Of a DNA stretch of 64,000 nt, positions 26,801 through 38,599 are shown piece after piece. A program made the position numbers and the translations under genes. Source of the DNA: Chiloscyllium plagiosum (taxonomy: Eukaryota); NCBI RefSeq assembly GCF_004010195.1, contig NC_057720.1:1828418-1892417 (forward strand), in the 5' to 3' direction. The notes beneath the pieces were generated by a model. It had not been told where the DNA came from. It made no database searches and saw nothing but the letters and a program-made list of their open reading frames with translations. Every line of letters starts with the position of its first letter. Positions within the stretch are counted from its first letter, which is position 1.

Positions 26801-28039
26801 AATCTCTCCCTCCGTTACCACCCACCGATCGGGAATGTTGGAATGATTTAAGATCAACTGTTTGTGGCCACTTTAGACCTTCTTTCATTATCAGGTCCTG
26901 GAGCGGGACTTGGATCTGGATTTTCTGACTCAGAGGCAGGGACGTGGCCCATGATGCCCTCTGCAAGACTCTGTACATTATCAGTGAAGACTGGCATTAC
27001 CAAGGAAAGGCTAAAGAGTGACCTGATGGAGAACTTTCAGATTAGGAAGGGATTGCAACACAGTAAACGTAGAAAATACATGTTCACAGGGGAGACTAAA
27101 GATGTAAGAAAATCACTAATATCCAGTTGGGAATTCAGGAGAAATCTTGATTCAGGGAAATGGGAGAGTGTGGGATTCCCTCCCACAAGGAGAAAGGGGC
27201 ACTTTTACAATGAGATCTTTTTATATAGCATTTTTTTCTTTGTTTGTGAAATAAAGTTTTGTTCTTTTGTTAGCAGAACATCAGCAGCCTCACCCGAGCG
27301 TGAGCAATGATGAACCATCATGTTAATCCAATTACAAAAATATAACACATGGTCTATCAAGCCAGATTTCACTGTGGAACCCAATTTGTCAGGTTTACCA
27401 TTAGCTGGAATCATCACAACGTGGTCACAGACAGTAGATTTGTCTTGGTGCCTCAGTGATGAGCTTGCAGCTCTGACAGCACATTGGTTTCCCACAAAGG
27501 GGGGCAGTGAGCGCCTGGAACACACTGCCAGAGGTGATGGTGGAAGCAGACACAATAGCAGCTTTCAAGAAGCATCTGGACGGATACATGTTTAGGAAGA
27601 GCGTGGAGGAACACAGATCCTGTAAGTGAAGACATGGAAGGATAAAATGTGCCAGCACAGGCTTGGAGGGCCGAAGGGCCTGTTCCTGTGCTGTATTGTC
27701 ACTTGTTCTTTGTTCTTAGCACCTCTCTCGGAGTTTCGCGGGAGCTCAGATATTTCTGCTCATTCGGCTTGAACTTCCAGCTCAAAACTAAAAATGTCCC
27801 CATTGTAATCATGTTCCCTGACAAACACCGTACTGTGCCAGTTTGTACTTTGACAACACAATCTCCATGTGATCCCAGTTGTGGTTCAGTGGGCAACACT
27901 CCCAGCTCAGATGGTGGTGGCTGCACCTTAGACACTTGTAGACAGATTGGATAAATGGAATTCACTTTATTATCACATGTACTCACATGAGTCAAGTGAA
28001 AAGTTTATAAATCGACAAATTACAGCACCATCTTAGATA

Positions 28040-28256
28040 CAGATTGTTCTGGTATAGCATGTTTCATTAACGCAAACTCACTGTAACGGGGTTGTCGAAC
28101 TGGGGACATTGTTTCTAAAACGTGAACTTCTAAAACGTGTGTTGGCTGTAACGCAATTACATTGCTAACAATTTAAGTGCTATTTCTAAATTGCAATTTT
28201 TCTATAATGCAGGGTTGCACAAGAATACAACCATCGCATTATATAAGAGCTGCCTG
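28040..28256. mobile_element. Possible Tc1/mariner (pogo/Tigger-like) MITE
   Basis: TA-CAG start and imperfect terminal inverted repeats (CAGATTGTTCTGGTATAGC vs reverse complement CAGGCAGCTCTTATATAATGC). Confidence 0.35.
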
Positions 28257-28756
28257 GACAAAAGTAGCTGAAGAAAAATTCCTTAGGGGAAAACAATAGA
28301 AAAGTAAAGAATAAAAAGTTCAGAATAACTGTCTTTCTAACCCAGTCCATCCTGGGCCCCAGCTGCAGGTAACTGGAAGACAACCCTGCTCTGGCTCGCT
28401 AGCGCCTGCTGCAGGAGGGGTCTGTCCTTGGTGACATTTCTAGAGCAGTGACCCCAGCGAGCACTGCACTATCCCAGTTGCTGGCTTGTGGGTGGAATAT
28501 TAAGCCTGATCATTCGGTTACTGGCCAAAGGATGAAGCATTGGGGAGTTCTCCCCAGTGTTTTTGGCTCCAATATTGAAATAACATCTAGGCAGATATTT
28601 CTGGTCAGTATCCCACTGCTCTGTGGGAAAGGTACTGTATGCAGATCAGTCACTGCCTTTCCGACATTACAGCAGTGACTAACATTGTTTAAGTAGCTCA
28701 TCAGCTATAAAGGGCTTCAGAAAATGAAGATGTAAGCACCTCACTTTCACTGGTGT

Positions 28757-28878
28757 CTGTGAGAGTGTGTATGTGTGTGTGTGCCTGTGTGTGAGTGTAT
28801 GTGTATGTGAGAGAGAGTGTGTGTGTGTGTGAGTGAATGTCTGTGTGTGAGTGTGTGTGTGAGAAAGTGTGTGTGTGT
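28757..28878. repeat. (GT)n/(GA)n compound microsatellite
   Basis: Directly visible. Confidence 0.9.
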
Positions 28879-30047
28879 CCATCTGTCTCACTGCATTTCT
28901 CTCTATAGCTTTCGCTGCCTGGTTTTTGTTCTCTCTCTCCACACTGTGCATTCATTCTCTCCCTGCAGAAACACATTGGTCATTTGTTGATGAGTCTAAT
29001 TCTCATTCTGAACTCCTGTTTTATTTTTCTGCTCCCAATAAACAGCTCAATGATTGTGCAGAAATGAGACTGTGATTAAAGTGCTTGTTTTAAAACTGAT
29101 TTTGCAGCCTGTTCTCCCTTGTATGCTGGCCAATAGTTATCTAAAATAAAAACAGATCATCTGTTTATTATGACAGTGTGGTTCTCGGGAGCGTGCGGTA
29201 TACAAAGTGACTGACATGATTCCTCTATGTCAAACAGGTTCTACATTTCCAAATTACTGCATGGGTTGCAAAGCACTTTGGGACATGTTAATATTATGAA
29301 AGGAGCATTGTCAATGAAAGTTTTTTCTCTTTATCAAGATCCATCTATACCTCTCATGATTTTACAAACCTATCAGGTCACCTCTCAACCTCCTACACTC
29401 CAGTGAAAAAGGTCCCAGCCTATCCAGCCTCTCCTTATAAGTCAAACCCTCCATTCCCAGCAACATCTTGGTAAATCTCCAGCTTAATAGTATTTTGCTT
29501 TTCCCATACCCTGTCACCTTCACCGAAAGAAGAAAGAGTGATCGGATGTGGTGATGAAGAGCAAAGCAGAAATTAACCTGAAGGGATGGACAGGAGAATT
29601 ATTAGCTGGAGAGGTATAAAATGTTGATTGCTGTGCTGGGCAGGCAGTCACTAATGAATATACACTTCGAATATAGAAACCATTAAAGCATGTAGGAGAT
29701 TATTAACAGGGCTTTTTATGAAATATTTCTGATGTGCATCCATTAGTGACAATGTTCTAAACACTGCTGGAATATTATCTCACTGATTATAAAAGACAGC
29801 AAGCATCATTATCCCACTTACTGCTGCACTCTGGACTGCCGGTCCTGTCATTCTCCATTAACACCGTCGGCAGCTCGAATTCTGTGAGACAATTGCTTTA
29901 TCAGCCACCCGTGGGATTTCGCTTGCCTAGCAGTGACGGGTTGGTGCTGGGTCCAAGATTCACTTCAGAACAGGTTTGTGTCCATGTGACACTCTGGTGC
30001 GCAGGTTGAGGGACTGTTCCCAATGATGCTCTGACTGTCATAGAGTC

Positions 30048-30367
30048 AGATTAGATTACCCACAGTGTGGAACCAGTCCCTTCGGCCCAACATGTCCATG
30101 CCAAGCCTCCAAAGAGCAACCCACCCAGACCTATTCCCCTACATTTACCCCTGACTAATGCACCTAACACTATGGGCAATTTAGCATGGCCAATTCACCT
30201 AACCTGCACATCTTTGGACTGTGGGAGGAAACCGGAGCACCCGGAGGAAACCCATGCAGACACGGGGAGAATGTGCAAACTCCACACAGACAGTTACCCG
30301 AGGCTGGAATTGAACCCGGGTCCCTGGCGCTGTGAGGCAGCAGTGCTAAGCACTGAGCCACCGTGCC
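30048..30367 (-). mobile_element. HE1-type SINE, full length
   Basis: Reverse complement starts GGCACGGTGGCTCAGTGCTTAGCACTGCTGCCTCACAGCGCC and ends in AATCT repeats. Confidence 0.92.
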
Positions 30368-30965
30368 GTCAGAGTCACACAGCACGGAAACAGACCATTC
30401 GGTCCAACCAGTCCATGCCGACCATAATCTCAAAGTAAACTAGTTCCACCTACCCTGGACAATATCCCTCCAAACCTTTCCTATTCGTGTACCTATCTGA
30501 ATGTCATTTAAATGCTGTAACCATAGCCACATCCACCATTTCCTCAGGAAGTTCATTCTGCACGTGAAGCACACTCTGTGTAAAAGGAGTTGCCCCTCAT
30601 GTCCTTTTTAGATCTTTCTCTCTCACCATAAAATGTGCCCTCTAGACTCTAGGGAAAAGACACCTGCCATTCATCTTATCTGTATCCCTCGTGATTTTAT
30701 AAACCTCTATAAGGTCACCTCTCAACCTCCTACGCTCCAGTGAAAAACATCCCAACCTATCCAGCCTTTCTTTATAACTCAAACCCTCCCATTCCCAGCA
30801 ACATCCTGGGAAAGCTGTTCGGAACCCTCTCCAGCTTAATAATATTCTTCCTATAACAGGGCGACCGGAACAGGACACGGGGTACCCCAGGAGAAGCCTC
30901 GTCAATGTCTTGTACAACATAATGTCCCAACTCCTCTACTCAAAGGTCTGAGCAATGAAGGCTAA
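30368..30965 (-). mobile_element. CR1 LINE 3' fragment
   Basis: [16 protein letters not shown] motif plus 3' UTR. An HE1 SINE is inserted in its tail. Confidence 0.85.
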
Positions 30966-32844
30966 ATGGCTCAGTGACAGTGCCCAGTGATACTCTGACT
31001 GTGAGCCATTATAGACTGAAACATCGGGGATGAGGATAGACTGCAGAAATTGGGACTGTTCTCTTTGGAGGGAAGAATGCTGAGAGGAGATTTAATAGTG
31101 GTTTTCAAAACCATGAGTGGGTTGGATAGAACAGACAGAAAGATAGGAAGTAGAAGCAGAATGAGGCCATTCGACCCTTTGAGCCTGCTCCACCATTCAA
31201 TACTGTTCCCACTTTCTCCCCATCTCAAACTATATCTAAGTCCTTTTCAAAAATATTCAATGTTTTGACTTCAACTGCTTTCTGTGGCAGAGGATCCCCC
31301 AGGAAGTAACTGACCCCACTGGTAAAAAGAAGAAGAACAAGGGGCTCTCGACTTAAAGTGACCTCCAAAAGAAGCAAAGGCCAAGTGAAGAAAGCCATTT
31401 TCACACAGTGAGGAAGTAGGGGGTGAATGCACTGCCTGGAAATATGCCGACTCCAACAGATAGAGTTTGCCCCCTGACTCCCACAGATGCCAGTTTCTGC
31501 TCGGGCTCCTTGATGCCACACTCGGTCATGTGCGACTTTGATGTCATTGGGCTGTCACTCTCCCCTCCCCTCTGGAATTCAGCTCTTTTGTCCATGTTTG
31601 ACCCAAGGCTGTAATAGGGTCAGGAGCTGAGTGACCCTGGGGGATCCCAAACTGGGCGTCACTGAGCAGGTTATTGCGGAGTAGGTGCTGCTTAATAGCA
31701 CTGTTGATGAGCCCTTCCATTACTTTACTGATGATCGAGAGTAGACTGATGGAGTGGTAATTGACTGGGTTGGATTTATCCTGCTTTTTAAGTATAGGAC
31801 ATACTTAGGCAATTTTCCACATTGTCGGATAGCTGCCAGTGTTGTAACTGTACTGTTAAAGCTTGGCTGGGGGAGCGGCAAATTCTGGAGCACACGTCCT
31901 CAGTACTATTGCTGGAATGTTATCAGGGCCCATTGCCTTTGCAGTATCCAGTGTCTCCAACCATTTCTGGATATCATGTGGTGTGAATCAAATTGGCTGG
32001 AGACTGGTATTTGAGATGTTGGGAACCACTGGAGGAGCCCGAGATGGGCCATCCACTCGGAACTTCTGGCTGAAGATTGTTGCGAATGTTTCAGCCTTAC
32101 CTTTTGCACTGGTGTGCTGGGCTCCTCCATCATTGAGGATGGGAATACTTGTGAAGCCTCCTCCTCCAGTGAGTTGTTTAATTATCCACCATCATTCATG
32201 ACTGGATGTGGCAGGACTGTAGAGCTTAGGTCTGATCCATTGGTTGTGGGATTGCTTAGCTCTGTCTATCACTTGCTACTTATGCTGTTTGGCAAGTTGT
32301 CCTGTTTGGTAGCTTCACCACATCTTCAGATGTGCCTGGTGCTGCTCCTGGCATGCCCTCCTGCACTCTCCATTGAACCAGGGTTGATCCCCTGGCTTGA
32401 TGGTAATGGGTGAGTGGGGGATATGCCAGGCCATGAGGTTACAGATTGTGCTGGAGTACAGTTCTGTTGCTGTTGTTGGCCCACGCACCTCATGAATGCC
32501 CAGTCTTGAGTTGCTAGATCAGTTCGAAGTCTGTCGCATGTAGGATGGTGATAATGCCACACAACACGGTGGAGGGTATTTTCAATAAGAGAGCAAGACT
32601 TTGTCTCCACAAGGAATGTACAGTGATCACTCTTACCGATACTGTCAAGGACTGATGCATCTGCAACTGGCAGACTGATAAAGATGAGGTCAAGTCTGTT
32701 TTTTCCCTCATGTTGGTTCCCTGGTCAGTAGCACTGCTGCCGAGCCACTCTTGGTGGTAAACATTGAGATCCCGCACCCAGAGTACATTTTACATCCTTG
32801 CCATCCTCAGTGCTTCCTTAAAGTGTTGTTCAACATGGAGGAGT

Positions 32845-33013
32845 CCTCTAGCTTATCTCTCCACGCTTCAGGCTCTCCGCCTTTAATCCTGATGAAGGGC
32901 TTTTGCCTGAAACGTCGATTTTACTGCTCCTCGGATGCTGCCTGAACTGTTGTGCTCTTCTAGCACCACTAATCCAGAATCTGGTTTCCAGCATCTACAG
33001 TCATTGTTTTTAC
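32845..33013 (+). mobile_element. Short PLE-derived insert with an 11-bp TSD, inside a LINE
   Basis: CATGGAGGAGT occurs at 32834-32844 and 33014-33024. Confidence 0.8.
32885..32920 (+). ncRNA. Hammerhead motif with a 4-bp stem I
   Basis: AATC-CTGATGA-A-GGGC TTTT GCCT-GAAA-CGTC-GATT. AATC pairs with GATT as stem I, and stem II closes with a G-U pair. Confidence 0.68.
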
Positions 33014-33544
33014 CATGGAGGAGTACCCATTCATCAGCCATGTGAGGGTAATCAACAGGAGGTTTCCTTGCCCATGTTTAACCTGGAGCCATGAGACTTC
33101 ATGGGGTCTGGAGTCAATGTTGAGAACTCCCAGAGCAACTCCCTCCCGACTGTATCCCATTGTGCTGCCACCTCTGCTGGGTCTGACCTGCTGGTGGGAC
33201 AGGACATATCCAGGGATGGCGATGGTGGTATCTGGGACATTGTAAGGTCTGACTCTGTGGGTATGACTGTGTCAGGCTGGTGTTTGACTGGTCTGTGAGA
33301 CAGCTCTCCCAATGTTGGCACTAGCCCCCAGATGCTAGTGAGGAGGACTGTGCTAGGTCAACAGGGCTGTTTCTGCCATTGCCTTTTTCAGTTCCTAGGT
33401 CGATGCCAGGTGATCTGACCAGTTTCATTTCTTTGAGACTTTGCAGCAATTGGTACAGCTGAATGGCTTGCTAGGCCATTTCAGAAAGCAGTTGAAAATC
33501 AACTACATTATAGTTACATGTAGATCAGACCTAGGTAAGAATGG

Positions 33545-33764
33545 AGTAGTGGTGCTGGAAGAGCACAGCAGTTCAGGCAGCATCCAAGGAGCTTCGAAAT
33601 CGACGTTTCGGGCAAAAGCCCTTCATCAGGAATAAAGGCAGTGAGCCTGAAGAGTGGAGAGATAAGCTAGAGGAGGGTGGGGTTGGGGAGGAAGTAGCAC
33701 CCTGCTCTTCCAGCACCACTAATTCAGAATCTGGTTTCCAGCATCTGCAGTCATTGTTTTTACC
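33545..33764. mobile_element. Short PLE-derived insert with a 12-bp TSD, inside a SINE
   Basis: AGGTAAGAATGG occurs at 33533-33544 and 33765-33776. The insert has a partial inverted structure. Confidence 0.8.
33602..33629 (-). ncRNA. Minimal type-I hammerhead ribozyme motif (PLE-associated, family A)
   Basis: Reverse complement reads CTGATGA-A-GGGC TTTT GCCC-GAAA-CG-TC. This is an intact catalytic core with a perfect 4-bp stem II, palindromic ACGT in place of stem III, and a GUC cleavage triplet. Confidence 0.75.
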
Positions 33765-34102
33765 AGGTAAGAATGGCAGATTCCCTTCCCTGAAGGAGAT
33801 TAGTGACCCAGGTTGGTTTTCCCGATAACTAGCAATGATTTCATGGTCATCAGTAGATTCTTAATTCCTGATTTTAAAAAACTGAATTCAAATTCCACCA
33901 TGGCGGGACTTGAAGCCGGATCCCAGGACATTACCTGAGTTTCTGGATTAATAATCCACTCAGCCATTGCTGCCCCACAGAACTCAGTTTTAATCAGAAA
34001 GGTTTCAATTAAAAAATCTTCACACCATCGACCTCTAGATCAGAGTGAGAACTTTCTTACATTTGAGACCAATAGTCAGAGGAACGGAAGTTGGGATGTG
34101 AA

Positions 34103-34417
34103 AGATTAGATTAGATTCCCTACAGTATGGAAACAGGCCCTTCAGCCCAACAAGTCCACACCGACCCTCCGAACAGTAACCCACCCAGTTTCCAATTGAC
34201 TATTGCACCTAACACTACGGGCAATTTAGCATGGCCAATTCACCTGACCTGCACATCGTTGGATTGTGGGAGGAAACTGGAGCACCTGGAAAAAAACCCA
34301 TGCAGACACGGGGAGAATGCGCAAACTCCACACAGACAGTCGCCCGAGGCTGGGATCAAACCTGGGACCCTGGTGTGTGAGGCTGCAGTGCTAACCACTG
34401 AGCTACAATGCCATCCC
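34103..34417 (-). mobile_element. HE1-type SINE
   Basis: Same family as 30048-30367. Confidence 0.88.
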
Positions 34418-34419
34418 TG

Positions 34420-34900
34420 GAGAATGGATGAAGGAGAAGAGGAGAGGAGAGGAGAGGAAAGAAAGTGGGAGGCAAGAAGAGACCAGGAAAGGGGAGGGAA
34501 CAGAAAAGGGGAGGGAAGGTCGGAGAGAGGACAGGGGAAGCGCCCAAAAATAGGGTAGGAAGGGAGTGAGGAGAACAGAAGGCATGGAGGAGTGTTTGGA
34601 GAGGAGACCAGAGGTGGGCAAAAGGGAGGAGAGAAGAGGTGAGGAAAGAAGAGTTTGGGGTAGATAAAATAGGAATGGAGAGGCACGGAGGAATGAGAAG
34701 AGAGCAAAGGAGAGCGATGTGGAGGAAGGGAATCTTGGAGAAGGCTGAACAAGAGTGCGGGGAGAGTATAGGAGAGATGGTGTTTGGGGGCTGGGAGGTG
34801 GGGGGGAGTTGTGGAGATGGTGTTTGGGGGCTGGGGGGTGAGGTTCTGGAAGCAGTGGAAGAGATGAATTGTCAGAGAAATAGAGCGAAAAGATGAAGTA
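34420..34900. repeat. Purine-rich low-complexity tract
   Basis: Strong G/A bias on the plus strand. Confidence 0.75.
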
Positions 34901-35276
34901 ACTCCATTTTAACTTTGAGAAACCAAACAGCAATTGCTGAGAAAACTCAGCAGGACTGGCAGCATCTGTAAAGATTGGGCAGACAAAAGAATGGTAATTC
35001 AGACCATCAGCCATCATTTCCGCCACCTTCAGCGAGATGCCACCACCACATTCCCCTCCCCTCCCTTCTCCTCAAGAACGCCCAGTGACCCTTTCAGAAC
35101 TGATGATAGCTGGGAAAAGGGCGGTATCCATGCTGGGGGGGCGGGGGGGTTTGGAGGATCAAACAATTGGTGGAGATGGAGACCAGAGAGAGAGATAGAA
35201 ACAACAGATGGACTGAGGAGCATGACCTGGGGGAATGAATAGCTGCTAATGGAGTCCACCAGTAACTGACAATGGG

Positions 35277-36790
35277 TTGTCCCTCTACACCTCCATCCGT
35301 CATGACCAGGGCCTCCAAGCCCTCCATTTTTTTCTCTCCCGACGTCCCCAACAGTACCCTTCCACCGACACTCTCATTCGTTTGGCCAAACTGGTCCTCA
35401 CCCTTAACAATTTCTCCTTCGAATCCTCCCACTTCCTCCAGACCAAAGGGGTAGCCATGGGCACACGTATGGGCCCCAGTCTCTTTGTTGGCTACGTAGA
35501 ACAGTCCATCTTCCATAATTACACCGGCACCACTCCCCACCTCTTCCTCCGCTACATTGATAACTGCATTGGCGCCACGTCATGCTCCCGCGAGGAGGTT
35601 GAGAAATTCATCAACTTCAACACATTCCACCCTGACCTTAAATTTACCTGGACCATCTCTGACACCTCACTCCCCTTCCTGGACCTCTCCATCTCCATTA
35701 ATGACCGACTCGACACTGACATTTTTNNNNNNNNNNNNNNNNNNNNNNNNNNNNNNNNNNNNNNNNNNNNNNNNNNNNNNNNNNNNNNNNNNNNNNNNNN
35801 NNNNNNNNNNNNNNNNNNNNNNNNNNNNNNNNNNNNNNNNNNNNNNNNNNNNNNNNNNNNNNNNNNNNNNNNNNNNNNNNNNNNNNNNNNNNNNNNNNNN
35901 NNNNNNNNNNNNNNNNNNNNNNNNNNNNNNNNNNNNNNNNNNNNNNNNNNNNNNNNNNNNNNNNNNNNNNNNNNNNNNNNNNNNNNNNNNNNNNNNNNNN
36001 NNNNNNNNNNNNNNNNNNNNNNNNNNNNNNNNNNNNNNNNNNNNNNNNNNNNNNNNNNNNNNNNNNNNNNNNNNNNNNNNNNNNNNNNNNNNNNNNNNNN
36101 NNNNNNNNNNNNNNNNNNNNNNNNNNNNNNNNNNNNNNNNNNNNNNNNNNNNNNNNNNNNNNNNNNNNNNNNNNNNNNNNNNNNNNNNNNNNNNNNNNNN
36201 NNNNNNNNNNNNNNNNNNNNNNNNNNNNNNNNNNNNNNNNNNNNNNNNNNNNNNNNNNNNNNNNNNNNNNNNNNNNNNNNNNNNNNNNNNNNNNNNNNNN
36301 NNNNNNNNNNNNNNNNNNNNNNNNNNNNNNNNNNNNNNNNNNNNNNNNNNNNNNNNNNNNNNNNNNNNNNNNNNNNNNNNNNNNNNNNNNNNNNNNNNNN
36401 NNNNNNNNNNNNNNNNNNNNNNNNNNNNNNNNNNNNNNNNNNNNNNNNNNNNNNNNNNNNNNNNNNNNNNNNNNNNNNNNNNNNNNNNNNNNNNNNNNNN
36501 NNNNNNNNNNNNNNNNNNNNNNNNNNNNNNNNNNNNNNNNNNNNNNNNNNNNNNNNNNNNNNNNNNNNNNNNNNNNNNNNNNNNNNNNNNNNNNNNNNNN
36601 NNNNNNNNNNNNNNNNNNNNNNNNNNNNNNNNNNNNNNNNNNCAGGCTCTCTGCCTTCATTCCTGATGAAGGGCTTTTGCCCGAAACGTCGATTTTGCTG
36701 CTCCTCGGATGCTGCCTGAACTGTTGTGCTCTTCCAGCACCACTAATCCAAAATCTGGTTTCCAGCATCTGCAGTCATTGTTTTTACCTG
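35277..36790 (+). mobile_element. Penelope-like retroelement: RT fragment, gap, then 3' terminal repeat
   Basis: ORF SLYTSI..NNFSFESSHFLQTKGVAMGTRMGPS..FLRYIDNCIG carries the PLE RT motifs QxxGxAMG and RYIDD-like. After the gap comes the hammerhead-bearing terminal segment. Confidence 0.85.
36663..36690 (+). ncRNA. Minimal type-I hammerhead ribozyme motif at the 3' end of a PLE
   Basis: CTGATGA-A-GGGC TTTT GCCC-GAAA-CGTC, on the same strand as and downstream (across a gap) of a PLE RT fragment. Confidence 0.78.
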
Positions 36791-37143
36791 TTTGTGGTAG
36801 CAGTCCAGGTGATGACACAGCCTGGTGTGTGGGGCTTAGGGTAAGGAGATGGGAACTTGATATTGAGTCCGGAGGGCTGCAGGGTTCCCAAGCTGAAAAT
36901 GAGATGCTGTTCTTCCAGCTTGTGCTGAGCTTCTCTGGAGCACTGTAGCAAGCCTGAGACAGAGATGTTGGCTAGGGAAGAGAGTGGGGTGTTTAAGTGG
37001 TAAGCAACTGGAAGCTCAGGGTTGTTTTCTGTGGGCAGAACATAGGTGTTCTGTGATGTGGTCAGATAATCTGTGCTTCATTTCCCGAGTGTAGAGGAGA
37101 CCACATTGTGAGCAGCAAATGTATTAGACTAGATTGTGAGAAG

Positions 37144-37372
37144 CTGAGAATGTGTTGCTGGAAAAGCGCAGCAGGTCAGGCAGCATCCAAAGAACAGGAG
37201 AATCGACGTTTCGGGCATAAGCCCTTCTTCAGGAAGCCCTTCTTCCTGAAGAAGGGCTTATGCCCGAAACGTCGATTCTCCTGTTCCTTGGATGCTGCCT
37301 GACCTACTGCGCTTTTCCAGCAACACGTTTTCAGCTCTCATCTCCAGCATCTGCAGCCCTCACTTTCTCTCA
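37144..37372. mobile_element. Short palindromic PLE-derived insert with a 14-bp TSD
   Basis: Inverted arms of about 90 bp around about 37239. TAGATTGTGAGAAG is duplicated at 37130-37143 and 37373-37386. Confidence 0.85.
37205..37273. ncRNA. Two hammerhead motifs in inverted orientation (37205-37232 minus, 37246-37273 plus)
   Basis: Both read CTGAAGA-A-GGGC TTAT GCCC-GAAA-CGTC-GATT. They differ from the 36663 copy only at the free N7 position and in loop II. Confidence 0.75.
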
Positions 37373-38525
37373 TAGATTGTGAGAAGTGCAGGTAAAGTGC
37401 TGCTTCACCTGGAAAGTATGTTTGGGCCCTTGGATACTGAGGAGGGAGGAGGTAGGTGGTCAGGGGAAGGTGCCGTGGGGCTGTGGAGCAGTGTTTGGAT
37501 GAAGGAAGAGTGAACCAGGTTGTCCTGGAGGGAATGGTCCCTGTGGAAGGCGGAGAAGGGAGGTGAGGGGAATGTGGTGGTGGCATCTCGCTGGAGGTGG
37601 CGGAAATAATGGCTGATGATCCTAGTGGCCTATTCTTTTGTCTTCCCAACCTCTTCCTCACTACCATCAACTCTGGAGAAGGGTCACTCAACCCAAAACA
37701 TCAACTCTGCTTTCTCTCTCTGCAGACACTGCCAGATCTGCTGAGTTTCTCCAGCAATTTCTGTTTTTGTTTCCGATTTTAACATTTGCAGTTCTTTGTT
37801 TTCGATTGATTTTAATGTTCACTTGGTTTCTGGTATCACGCAAGCAAACAATTTTATAAAAAATACTTTTTCAGTTAAGTTGATAATCTGTAGAAAGATT
37901 GAAATCCATCTCACTTCGACTGAACAATAATGAGCTGAAATGGCAGTGGTTGATTAACCTTTGACCTTTGTAGACAGCCATCAGCTTTAAATCATTGAGC
38001 CTTTTTAGACCAGAGTGTGACATTAATTTTCTCTCAACATTATTCATTAATAATTGGCCACAATCGCCCATTATTGATTAAAGCTGAAGAGATGGTGACA
38101 CAACATGGTCAGCTGTGGATAAAGCCGCCTTTCATTAACTTTTGTCTGTGTCAGGATTTGTTCGTCAATATCCATTGGAGCAAGCTGACAACAAATGAAA
38201 AATCAAACCAGGCCAGTTAAGTGACTTTTAGTTACAAGGCTTGGCTTAACCAGGTCTTCTTTCATTGGGAGTCATTACAGGATCAATGGTAACAACAGAA
38301 CCTGTCAGAATTGATCTCATTCCGATTCATCACTGTACAAAACAGGCCTATTACTTAACAGGAATGCTCAGGAGCCACCAAGACCTTTCATCTTATTTCC
38401 TTTAGACTTTAGAGGTGCCACTACTGTACGCTTTGTCCATGCATTCCCACAACAATCGACATGCTTAAGGAACGAGGGTAAGCAGAAACCGAGCATTTGG
38501 GTTTGATGGATTGAAACATACTCAC

Positions 38526-38599
38526 CGACAACTCCCAGAGCAATGTAACCGAGAATCACAGCAATAAACAGCACACAGCATAGGATGTCAGTACAATGC
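38526..38599 (-). CDS. SLC44A5: SLC44A5-like exon (74 bp), first transmembrane helix
   Basis: catactttag|G CAT TGT ACT GAC...GTT GTC G|gtgagt gives (R)HCTDILCCVLFIAVILGYIALGVV(A), with the CTD-x-x-CC motif of CTL proteins. Confidence 0.95.

Larger units (their letters stand above)
31500..33430 (-). mobile_element. Degenerate LINE (CR1/L2 group): APE endonuclease-linker region; related copy at about 2190-3560
   Basis: Remnants QVKHGQGNLLLIT and DLNVYHQEWLGS. The related copy reads LDTAKAVGPDNIPAIV. Confidence 0.75.
36800..37625 (-). mobile_element. Degenerate PLE GIY-YIG endonuclease region, interrupted by a younger insert
   Basis: Minus strand near 37020-37118 reads CCSQCGLLYTREMKHRLSDHITEHL, a decayed CxxCxxxYIGETxRxLxxRxxEH motif. 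Confidence 0.7.
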
